Source of the DNA: Treponema sp.
GTDB taxonomy: Bacteria > Spirochaetota > Spirochaetia > Treponematales > Treponemataceae
Direction: 5' to 3'
NCBI GenBank assembly: GCA_016297415.1
Contig: JAEDGQ010000002.1
Location: 16,172-80,171 of the forward strand
DNA: 64,000 bases
Below are positions 55,653 to 64,000 of this stretch, piece by piece. The notes under the pieces are model-generated. The model saw nothing but the letters and a program-made list of their open reading frames with translations. It ran no database searches and had not been told where the DNA came from. Each line of letters starts with the position of its first letter. Position 1 is the first letter of the stretch. Both the position numbers and the translations under genes were made by a program.

Positions 55653-56174
55653 TTATGAACGAGGAATTTCCTCTCCAAATGTAAAATTTCCGTCAATAAA
55701 CAGATTAACTTCCTTCACATCAGAAAAGTTTTTTTTGATGTTTTCCCGAAGCTGCTCATAGCGTACCTGGAGAACTGTCTTCCCGTACTTTTTTTTATAT
55801 TCGTCTTCTTTTTCAACATCAACTGCGGTAAGTCCAGTTACGGCTTCTTCGGAAATATTGATATATACAATTCTATTGCTTTCATGGCAGAAAAGAACTT
55901 TTGTACCAACAGGAAAAACTGGAACGGCACGCTGAACAGATGGTCCAAGAATTAGTTCTTCCACATAGCATTCAAGTTTTGTTCTGTATTTTTCAGAAGG
56001 AATTTTTCTTACTTCAACTATTTTGCGGGCAGAACCTGCTTCTTCGAATGTGAAGTAATATCTTCTTCCCTTAAAGCCTGCAAGGAAGCAGATAAAGGAA
56101 AAAATAAAAATAAAACCAAGGATAACTGCACAAAGCAGTTTTTTGTCAGATTTTAAGAGTTTAATAAAAGGCAT
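55653..56174 (-). CDS. Membrane-anchored GerMN-like domain protein
   Basis: N-terminal TM; YVEELILGP, PVFPVGTKV, VNLFIDG. Confidence 0.65.
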   Translation of the reverse strand: MPFIKLLKSDKKLLCAVILGFIFIFSFICFLAGFKGRRYYFTFEEAGSARKIVEVRKIPSEKYRTKLECYVEELILGPSVQRAVPVFPVGTKVLFCHESNRIVYINISEEAVTGLTAVDVEKEDEYKKKYGKTVLQVRYEQLRENIKKNFSDVKEVNLFIDGNFTFGEEIPRS

Positions 56175-57205
56175 TATTTTGTTCCTGTAAAGCCTCGTGA
56201 ACGTTCAAAATGAGTTACGAAGGCTGATAATCCATTATAAATTCCCATAGAAAGTTTTTGCAAGTAAGCCTGATCGTTAAGAAGCAGAGCCTCCTTTTCG
56301 TTTGTAAGGAATCCAAGTTCAACAAGTACTGCCGGCATATTGGAATTTCTTACAACAAACCATTCTTCAGCTTTAATTCCACGGGCAGTTGTAAGGTTCC
56401 CTACCTGAGCCTGTAAACCGTCCATAATTGATTTTGCAATAAGTATGCTTTCAGTTGTATATTCTTCTTCCATCATGGAATTTAATACTGTATAAAGGTC
56501 TTTGTCATCAACAGAGTTTTTATCAATAACGTTTCGTCTGTACCCTGGTGAAAGATACCATACTTCGTATCCTGAAGCTTTTTTATCAAGTGAAGCATTT
56601 ACATGAACTGAAATGTACAGAATTGCTTCCTTGTCATTTAGTTTGATTGCATTTGCAATTTCTGTACGCTGAGCAAGGGAAAGAAATACATCTTCAGATC
56701 TTGTCATCTGAATTTTTTTATCAGGATATGCGGCTTTTAGGCGGGAATAAAGCATTTTTCCTACAGCAAGGTTAACGTCTTTTTCTGTAACTGTAATACT
56801 TTTGCCTTTTACTTTATGTGTATAACGGGCACCGGGATCTTTTCCGCCGTGCCCCGGATCAATAAGAATTGCTCCGATTTTAAAACCGTTTGAAGAAGTT
56901 TCGATTTTAAAAAGTCTTTCTGCCTCATCAAGGAATTTTTTTGAAACGAGAAGGGAACCGTCTTTTACTTCAGGAGAATCTGTAAATACAATTTTTGTAT
57001 AATCTTCAAGAATAAAATTATCGCCAGTCTTAAATGAAATCTGATGTCCGTTTTTTTCAAGAATTCCGGCCCCGGACAAACTGTCCCAGTAAACAGTCAT
57101 ACCGCTTTTTGCCGCTTCATCTACAAGATTAAGACTCTGACCACAGGCAAAGGATGCAGCAAAGAGAAATAAAAGAACTGTCAGTTTCTGTAAAATATTT
57201 TTCAT
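56174..57205 (-). CDS. N-acetylmuramoyl-L-alanine amidase (Amidase_3)
   Basis: IDPGHGGKDPGA, EKDVNL, ISVHVNA, PAVLVELGF. Confidence 0.95.
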   Translation of the reverse strand: MKNILQKLTVLLFLFAASFACGQSLNLVDEAAKSGMTVYWDSLSGAGILEKNGHQISFKTGDNFILEDYTKIVFTDSPEVKDGSLLVSKKFLDEAERLFKIETSSNGFKIGAILIDPGHGGKDPGARYTHKVKGKSITVTEKDVNLAVGKMLYSRLKAAYPDKKIQMTRSEDVFLSLAQRTEIANAIKLNDKEAILYISVHVNASLDKKASGYEVWYLSPGYRRNVIDKNSVDDKDLYTVLNSMMEEEYTTESILIAKSIMDGLQAQVGNLTTARGIKAEEWFVVRNSNMPAVLVELGFLTNEKEALLLNDQAYLQKLSMGIYNGLSAFVTHFERSRGFTGTK

Positions 57206-57229
57206 GGTAATTCCCTTATTTTAATCAGG

Positions 57230-58852
57230 TTAATTATCGGCAATATAAAGCATTGCCTGAATTGATCCTCGCAAACAGGCTTTCCAGAAAGTTTTGCCCT
57301 CAAGAGGCTTATGGTCCGGACACATATTTTCAAAACGGGAAATAACCTGCTTTAAGGTACAGTGATTCCAGTCCCGTTTTTCAAGTACTTTTTCTGTAAA
57401 TTCTTCAGGCATAAAAAGGGAAATTTTTTGTCCCTGAGGAATATCTTTTACCTTATTCCAGTTTACTTCAACATCAAAAGCTGAAGGGGGAAAACCTTTT
57501 TCATCGGGAGCTTCAACTCCTTTCAAAAAGTCTTCTGTGTCTTTATTGTGAGGTTCAAGTCTGAGTGTAATTTTTGAAAGAACTTCACAGGCTGCACTTA
57601 CAGCAAGTTCGTGAGTTTGTGCACATGTAATAACGTTTCCGCATTTTTCAACATTATTCCGTGGAAAATTTACCTGATTACCTTCCTTATTTCTTGGAAG
57701 CACATCTTTTACATATTTTACGGCTTCAGCTTCTTCATAACCGGAAATTGCTTTAATTTTTCCTGGAATTGAAATCCATGCACGCTCTGCACTTACTTTT
57801 GAAGGTTTTAATTCGTAAAGTTCAAAAGGCTGTTCCATATCTTTTACAGATTGATGAGGCTGCCATTTTATTGAAACTCTGTTTTTTTCAATAAAATCCG
57901 GAGCAACTCCAAGAGAAACTTTTAAGGCTTCCTTTGTAAGATAACAGTCAGAAGAATAAGGGAAAGTCCAGCCACTCATATATCCCCCTGAAAGTCGTGC
58001 TGCAATTTCTCCGATCATTGGTCCCCGGGCTGTATATTTTATGTCCGCTTTAGCAACACCCCGCTGTAATCCAAGAGATTTAATACCAAGGGCAAAAGTT
58101 GCAATAAGTTCATTTTTAACTTTTTCACTTACGGTTGAAGGCATTGTATGGCCAGTTTCAATAAAGTATGGAGGATAATAAATATGTCTGTCAGCAAATC
58201 CTGTAATAGTAAGGGTGCCGTCGTAAACAATTGAATCAATACTGAATTCCTGTCCATCCATATAATCTTCAAAAATTGCTTTTGAAGTACGGCTGTTTTT
58301 TACAGCAAGAGTTACAGCCTCCTGAAGTTCATCTTTATTACGCACAAGACGGCAGCCGCGGCCACCCATATTGTCTACAGGTTTAATAACTTTAGGAAAT
58401 GAAATCTGATTTTTTTCTGCCCGAAGAATAAGTTCCTGAATCTTTTCCGAATCAACTTCTTCAAAATCTGGACTTGGAACTTTGCCGGCTGCAAAACAGC
58501 CTCTCATACGGACTTTATTTGATGCATTTAAGCAGGCTTCAAAACTGTGTCCCGGAAGAGAACAATGTTCTGCAACATAGGCTACACTGGCAGAAAAATC
58601 AGTTCCTGCTGTAAAAACAGCTGCCAGTTCACCGTTTTTTCCTTCAGAGGCATTTTTATTGATTAAATCTGCATAATCGGCAAGGGCCTGTCTGTCTTTC
58701 AAGTCTATAACATTAAATACATCTGCCATGGAAGCACAGACAGCTCCAGGATTTCCGTCTACAACAAAGGCTGTATATCCCAGTTCTTTTGCTGCTCTGA
58801 TAGCAGGGCCCTGCATTAGTCCTGCACCTAAAATTAAAACCGATTTATTCAT
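57230..58852 (-). CDS. ATP-grasp domain ligase
   Basis: LILGAGLMQ, NKVRMR, VIKPVDNMGGRG, EDYMDGQEFSID, EIAARLSGG. Confidence 0.85.
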   Translation of the reverse strand: MNKSVLILGAGLMQGPAIRAAKELGYTAFVVDGNPGAVCASMADVFNVIDLKDRQALADYADLINKNASEGKNGELAAVFTAGTDFSASVAYVAEHCSLPGHSFEACLNASNKVRMRGCFAAGKVPSPDFEEVDSEKIQELILRAEKNQISFPKVIKPVDNMGGRGCRLVRNKDELQEAVTLAVKNSRTSKAIFEDYMDGQEFSIDSIVYDGTLTITGFADRHIYYPPYFIETGHTMPSTVSEKVKNELIATFALGIKSLGLQRGVAKADIKYTARGPMIGEIAARLSGGYMSGWTFPYSSDCYLTKEALKVSLGVAPDFIEKNRVSIKWQPHQSVKDMEQPFELYELKPSKVSAERAWISIPGKIKAISGYEEAEAVKYVKDVLPRNKEGNQVNFPRNNVEKCGNVITCAQTHELAVSAACEVLSKITLRLEPHNKDTEDFLKGVEAPDEKGFPPSAFDVEVNWNKVKDIPQGQKISLFMPEEFTEKVLEKRDWNHCTLKQVISRFENMCPDHKPLEGKTFWKACLRGSIQAMLYIADN

Positions 58853-58873
58853 TTTCCCACCACAAACCAATTA

Positions 58874-61381
58874 TTAAATATCTTTTTCTTTTACACAGTA
58901 AACTTCAAAAGTATCACCGAGGGAGAAGAATCTGCTGGCTGCCGCAAAAAGTGCATATTCAATGCTTTTTGGTCCTGCATTTTTCTTTGCCAGCTGAGGA
59001 AATCTTTCCGGATGATGACCTGTTGAAACGATTTTTACAACCTTAAATCCGTATCTTTTCAAAATAGAACTGCATCTTACAGGTTCCCAGATTGAATAAT
59101 GATCAGCCGGACTATTCTGGAAGAAGTTCTGTGTATTAAATTTAGCGGAAACTCCACTTCCTGATGGAGTTGAAAAAGCAAACACTCCCCCAACCTTAAG
59201 GATTTTTGAAACTTCCCTTAAAACACTATCCAGATTCTGGAAATGTTCAATTACATACCACATAGTAACAGCATCAAATTCATTCATTCCAAATTCTGCT
59301 GCAGGATCAAATGCAGGGAATTTGGCACAACTTGCCGGATAATGAAGCTGTTCCTGAACATAATTTACGGCCTCTTTAGAAATATCAGTTCCAAAAACCT
59401 GCCATCCTGCATCATTAGCAGCATCCATGAAAGGTCCGAATGCACAACCTACATCGAGAACAGAAGGAGTTATTACTTTATGCATATTTCTGAATATGTA
59501 GTCGATTACTGAAGTTCGTCTTACACACTGTGCTTTAATTGAATCAAAATCATCGAGATATGTTTTGCCATACTGTTTTTTATAACTGTCAAAAAAGTAT
59601 TTTTCATCATATTCAGTTTCAGGGGAACCTGCAGTAAAGGACATATATGTCATTCCACAGAAATAACAGCGGCGGAATGTTCTCTGATTTGTACGGGCAA
59701 CAACAGTATCCTGCATGAACTGATGATTTTTCCCACAAACGGGACAATTCAGGCGCTGACCTTTTGCAAGCATCTGTGTAAAAGAACCTAAATCATGCTG
59801 AACACCATCTTTTTTATTGAATGGAGAATCAGGATAAAGGTCTTTTACTTCTGACAGAGAATACTCTGCACCATTTTCGTTAATATCCTGAATTGCAAGA
59901 CACTTAAAACCGTATTTTTTTGCCAGACTTACATGAAGAGGTGTTGTGCCAAGAAGAACAACTCCACATCCGGCAGCAACTGATTCAAAAGCTGTAAAAC
60001 CGTAATGTGTAACAACAACATCGTAATTAAAAAGCTGTTCACGAAGATTATGAACGGGATTAATAAAAGTAATTCTGTCTGAAATTTCTTTAGAATTCTG
60101 AAATTTTTCAAGAGCAATAACAACTTTGGCTTTAGAAACTTCAATATTCTGAACAATAGCAGTGACAGAATAACCAAGTTTTGCATAACTTAAAGCTGCA
60201 GGAACAACAAGATCAGCAGGATCTTCTCCACCAACAGTAATAAGAATCTTTTTTATATCAGACTTAGAGTTTAATTTATCAGTCCGTCTGTTTTTTGGAA
60301 GAGTTATGTATGCAGGATCAACTGAATTAGCAGGTCTCTGTAATCCATAGGATGGAATAATATCAAGAAGATAATCACATAAATCTGTATTCAGGGAACC
60401 TTCATCAATGGCTGCAACAGGTGCAATTGATGCAAGCTTAAATGCCTGATCACGATCCAGAGTAAATGCATCTGTAAGAATCAGGGAATACTCACCTTCT
60501 CCAGGAAGTTCCCTTAAAATCTGATCATCAGAAAATCCATTTTCCCGAGCTTCCATTAATAATTCATCAATTTCTTCGAGGCCTGCATCTTCAGGAATAA
60601 AAACATCAGCACCTGTAGAAATAGCCACCGAAAGACAGCGGCGGAGATGACCAGTTCCTTTTCCTTTTTTTACACATGGAACACAGAGAATAGGATGATT
60701 AAGGTTTTCGTCATTAAAGGCATTTACAATCTGTTCACAGGTGTAAGGCCCTTCTCCACCCAGTTTTTTTACAACTGCAAGGGCACGACGGTAATCCCTT
60801 CTTGTATCAATTGTTGTACGAAGTTCAGGATGATTCCATTGCTCCGGTGCAGGAATCATAATACTTATAAAGTTTTCAGGATGATTGTAAAGCGAAGGAC
60901 CTACATGTTCATGATCGTAACTCAAATCAGTTAAATCACGGGCCTTCAATAAAGATTTTGCATTGAATATTTCTATTCCACTGCCGTGTGGAAGTCCTGT
61001 ATATGTGATGTAATCACAGCCGGAAGTATCAGCTCTTCTTTTATACTGCTCAAGCAAAGATGAAGCTGCTTCGTAAAAGAGAAATGGATTATCTGCAGTT
61101 GCCCTGATTACTGTGTCAGCACCTGTATATTCAATAAGATTACAGAACCTCTGCAAAACATCTTCAAGAGGTCCTTCAAAAATTTCAAAATCATTACGCC
61201 GGGCAACTGGAGCCAGTTCATTAAAACTTGCTGAATCTGTCGCTACAAAATAACGGTCTGCCGGAACTTTTTTCATTGCAGAAAGAGTCCAGTCCAGAAC
61301 TGTTTTATTTCCAAGTGAAAACAATGCCTTTCCAGGAAGTCTTGTTGATGAAATACGGCACTGTACAACAAGTATTGTCAT
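58874..61381 (-). CDS. Fusion of SpsF/PseF-like cytidylyltransferase, PseG/SpsG-like domain and class I SAM methyltransferase
   Basis: QCRISSTRLPGK, RATADNP, HEHV; GTGHLRRC and ITVGGEDP; CPVC..CYFC; VLDVGCAFG, WYVIEH. Confidence 0.85.
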   Translation of the reverse strand: MTILVVQCRISSTRLPGKALFSLGNKTVLDWTLSAMKKVPADRYFVATDSASFNELAPVARRNDFEIFEGPLEDVLQRFCNLIEYTGADTVIRATADNPFLFYEAASSLLEQYKRRADTSGCDYITYTGLPHGSGIEIFNAKSLLKARDLTDLSYDHEHVGPSLYNHPENFISIMIPAPEQWNHPELRTTIDTRRDYRRALAVVKKLGGEGPYTCEQIVNAFNDENLNHPILCVPCVKKGKGTGHLRRCLSVAISTGADVFIPEDAGLEEIDELLMEARENGFSDDQILRELPGEGEYSLILTDAFTLDRDQAFKLASIAPVAAIDEGSLNTDLCDYLLDIIPSYGLQRPANSVDPAYITLPKNRRTDKLNSKSDIKKILITVGGEDPADLVVPAALSYAKLGYSVTAIVQNIEVSKAKVVIALEKFQNSKEISDRITFINPVHNLREQLFNYDVVVTHYGFTAFESVAAGCGVVLLGTTPLHVSLAKKYGFKCLAIQDINENGAEYSLSEVKDLYPDSPFNKKDGVQHDLGSFTQMLAKGQRLNCPVCGKNHQFMQDTVVARTNQRTFRRCYFCGMTYMSFTAGSPETEYDEKYFFDSYKKQYGKTYLDDFDSIKAQCVRRTSVIDYIFRNMHKVITPSVLDVGCAFGPFMDAANDAGWQVFGTDISKEAVNYVQEQLHYPASCAKFPAFDPAAEFGMNEFDAVTMWYVIEHFQNLDSVLREVSKILKVGGVFAFSTPSGSGVSAKFNTQNFFQNSPADHYSIWEPVRCSSILKRYGFKVVKIVSTGHHPERFPQLAKKNAGPKSIEYALFAAASRFFSLGDTFEVYCVKEKDI

Positions 61382-62337
61382 TTAATTTTACCCCAGTTTT
61401 CTACCAAATATTTTGCGTCCATCTTAAAGCGATATTTGTTTTTTTCTACCCAGGAACAGGCATCAGCAAACAGCTTAATGGATTCTATCAGGCCACACCC
61501 TGACCTAAGACAATACACGAAAAACGAAGATTTTGGAATTACCCCATGATCTTCGTCAAAACGGGCAAGAAGATTTTTCATAAAGAAACGGCTGTAAGAA
61601 AGATCATTTGAAACATCTGGCGCCTCAATTTCCAGGGAATATGCCAGGGTAATTATTGTTGTCATACGGATTTTTTCACCCCACAGCCAGGCTCTGAAGC
61701 CTAAATCCATATTCTGCCAGTATGGTGAACTGATTGTGTAATCGTATCCGCCCAGTTGAATAAACTTTTTTCTATTATAAATTGCAATAAAGTCGTATGG
61801 GCTGAGCGTTTCAAGACCGTCGTTAACGGCAGATGATGTTGAAATTTTAAAAGTTGCACCATTTACGCCAGGTGAAAAAACAACAGGGAAAGAACCTTCA
61901 TTTACGGAAACAAGCCGTGGAACAACACAGAAAGGATTATTTTCTGTAAGTTTATCGAGAATACGCTGATTTATAAATTCACCATTAAGCCTGAGGGTAT
62001 CTCTGACTACAAGAACATAATCAGTTGAGATTTCGCTCATTCCAATGTTTATAAGTTCTCCTTCCGTAGCTTTTTCCAGAGGAATTATAAATTTTACAAA
62101 TGGGAATTTGTGAGCCAGTTCTTCCAGGTTATAGTTATCCGGACTAAGTTCAATGGAAACAATCTGATGGAATCCGCATTTTACAAGATTTTCAATCAGC
62201 GGCTGACGGAACTGACTTCCTTTTTCATTCAACAGAATTACTGAGGCATTTAATCTGGAATAATGATTCAGTTCTTTTCCCCAGATTGTAGACCTGTTAA
62301 TCTGCCTTTCATTAAAAATTGAAGGTATAGTATTCAT
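61378..62337 (-). CDS. Glycosyltransferase family 2-like protein
   Basis: GELINIGM, FIQLGGYD, NMDLGFRAWLWG (GT-A C-terminal pattern). Confidence 0.7.
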   Translation of the reverse strand: MNTIPSIFNERQINRSTIWGKELNHYSRLNASVILLNEKGSQFRQPLIENLVKCGFHQIVSIELSPDNYNLEELAHKFPFVKFIIPLEKATEGELINIGMSEISTDYVLVVRDTLRLNGEFINQRILDKLTENNPFCVVPRLVSVNEGSFPVVFSPGVNGATFKISTSSAVNDGLETLSPYDFIAIYNRKKFIQLGGYDYTISSPYWQNMDLGFRAWLWGEKIRMTTIITLAYSLEIEAPDVSNDLSYSRFFMKNLLARFDEDHGVIPKSSFFVYCLRSGCGLIESIKLFADACSWVEKNKYRFKMDAKYLVENWGKIK

Positions 62338-63883
62338 CGCAGCCCTTACATACAGAACAATAGTCTGAGTTTATGTGCTTTTCTACTTCTTTTGAAATAT
62401 TTTTCCAGATTGAATCCAGAGAATCTTCAAAAACATTACCGGCTTTTTCAGAAACCCTTGTTCTGCACAAAGGAACTGAACCGTCACTTAAAATATTCAT
62501 ATCCCGGCGAAGATGCCAGCAGGAATTTCGTTCAAGAGGAGATAAATCAGCCGGTTTTTCATCAGGAAGAAGTCCGGCAAAACTATCGTATTTCATAATA
62601 ATGAACTGTCCTTTTGATGGATTTTCTTTTTCCTTCCAGAATCTGAAGAAACTTTCCAGCTGAATTTCATTAACCTTCATTCTTGTAAACTGAGGATAAA
62701 CAGTTTCCGGGAAATATTTTTCCAGAATATTTACGGCATTTAAGGCTTTTGCAAAATTTTCACCGGAAATTCCGTTGATTTTTGAATACATATCCCCATC
62801 AACAGCATCAAGTCTGATTACCCAGTCAATTTTACCGGCTTCACTTAATTCTCTGGCCATTTCTTCAGTTACACAAATACCATCAGTTTCAACAAAAAGA
62901 GAAAGACCTTTAACGGAAAGTACTTCTTTTGCCATCTGAACAAAGTCTTTATGAAGAAGAGGTTCACCAAAAAGGCTTAAGCTTACAACTGCAGTTTCTG
63001 AAAAATCAGAGATATCTTTTACAAGTTTCTTAAAACTTTCCAGTTTCATATCTTCAGGTTTACTTTGTGGAAAAAGTTTTTGAAAACCACTGTAAAGACT
63101 TTTGGTATTTTCAGCTGAAGTGATCTGAATGTTATAAAAATGTGGAACTGTCTGCTGAATTTCCGTCATTTTTTCCGCAGCATCTGAAAGTTTGTAAACA
63201 TCAAATTCATTTAATGTTTTAAGTCCGGAATCCAGATTTTTTGCTTTTTCAAAAAGGGCTTTGCAGGCTCTCAAACCTGATTTAGACGAACATTCAAAAT
63301 TATAACGAAGCATGCGGTAATCTTTATCTGCAAGAACTGTTTCAATTTCAAAGGAATTAATATCGCCGCTCATAATTGAAAAGAAACAATCTCTGGATGC
63401 AGTTTTTTGTCCCTGTGCTTTCTGAACATCTTTGGAGAGAGCCGAAATAATGGAAGCAGCTCCCCTGTGGATTATTTCCGGTGACAAGCCGGCTGCAAAT
63501 CCATCTGCAAAAGTATATTCAGCTTTGTATTCAACATGATCGTGAATAAGCTGTTCTGTAAGGGAATTATTAATGAAAGGTGTATCTGCCCAGGCATAAA
63601 TTGCAAAATCAGCACCGGCTTTTGATGTTTCCTCTGCCACAGCACCTGCAATATCAGAATTTGTCCATTCATCTTTTGAGATTATTGAAAAAGAATCATT
63701 TCCGGCGATTGCTTTTTTAACTTCTTCACCGGCTTTTTTCCCTGTAAGAATTACTGTTTTTTCAGAGCTTTTCAGTGACCGGGCCCAGTTACAGCACAAA
63801 TCGAATGATGATTTTCCATCAAAAACTTTATCAAAATTATGACCAGGTTCTGTTCCTGCAAATAGAATGGTTAAACTTTTCAT
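62312..63883 (-). CDS. Spiro-SPASM protein (cytidylyltransferase-like, degenerate radical SAM, SPASM)
   Basis: WADTPF..AEYTFADG; SLFGEPLLH, VETDG; CWHLRRD...PLC...CSVCKGCDEYYTFNF. Confidence 0.88.
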   Translation of the reverse strand: MKSLTILFAGTEPGHNFDKVFDGKSSFDLCCNWARSLKSSEKTVILTGKKAGEEVKKAIAGNDSFSIISKDEWTNSDIAGAVAEETSKAGADFAIYAWADTPFINNSLTEQLIHDHVEYKAEYTFADGFAAGLSPEIIHRGAASIISALSKDVQKAQGQKTASRDCFFSIMSGDINSFEIETVLADKDYRMLRYNFECSSKSGLRACKALFEKAKNLDSGLKTLNEFDVYKLSDAAEKMTEIQQTVPHFYNIQITSAENTKSLYSGFQKLFPQSKPEDMKLESFKKLVKDISDFSETAVVSLSLFGEPLLHKDFVQMAKEVLSVKGLSLFVETDGICVTEEMARELSEAGKIDWVIRLDAVDGDMYSKINGISGENFAKALNAVNILEKYFPETVYPQFTRMKVNEIQLESFFRFWKEKENPSKGQFIIMKYDSFAGLLPDEKPADLSPLERNSCWHLRRDMNILSDGSVPLCRTRVSEKAGNVFEDSLDSIWKNISKEVEKHINSDYCSVCKGCDEYYTFNF

Positions 63884-63946
63884 CTCTTAATTATCGGTTC
63901 CGTAATTGAACAAGATAAATTGATATTATAAAATCCAATTTATCTT

Positions 63947-64000
63947 ATGACAGCGGGTTTAATTTCTTCTGACACTGTTTTTTCTGTAACAAATTTGACT
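63947..64000 (+). CDS. xseA: Probable 5' end of exodeoxyribonuclease VII large subunit (runs off the window)
   Basis: MTAGLISSDTVFSVTNLT resembles the XseA start motif (xSVSEL); upstream TTGAAC-N17-TAAAAT. Only 18 codons are visible. Confidence 0.4.
   Translation, partial: MTAGLISSDTVFSVTNLT

Overview
About 37% GC core-chromosome segment of a Treponema-type spirochaete. Evidence: flaA sheath protein, P83/100-family protein, spiro-SPASM protein, murG-cvpA-holB-like-hk2-rrp2 operon, and flgF-flgG-flgJ without P/L-ring genes. It holds about 55 mostly housekeeping CDS (rpsF-ssb-rpsR-rplI-dnaB, rRNA methyltransferases, leuCD, murC, group B [FeFe] hydrogenase, glgC, rho, rpmE, rpsT, lnt, ABC-F, DEAD-box helicase) and two tRNAs (Phe-GAA, Glu-TTC). 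No CRISPR array, prophage or intact transposase was seen. Most interesting items: (1) an operon upstream of flaA encoding a spiro-SPASM pseudoenzyme (radical-SAM cysteines lost), a GT2-like protein, an SpsF/PseF-PseG-methyltransferase triple fusion and an ATP-grasp ligase, a candidate pathway for making and tailoring a nonulosonate-type glycan; (2) a family of short structured intergenic elements (GGCGT...CTAACGC) with compensatory base changes between copies and GNA tri-loops on the opposite strand; (3) a duplicated, switch-like RBS-sequestering leader before the hydrogenase; (4) a 58-aa basic zinc-ribbon gene missed by the ORF track; (5) a JAB/RadC-DinG fusion; (6) several MITEs and IS-end remnants. 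Family names come from motif recognition only; no database searches were run.
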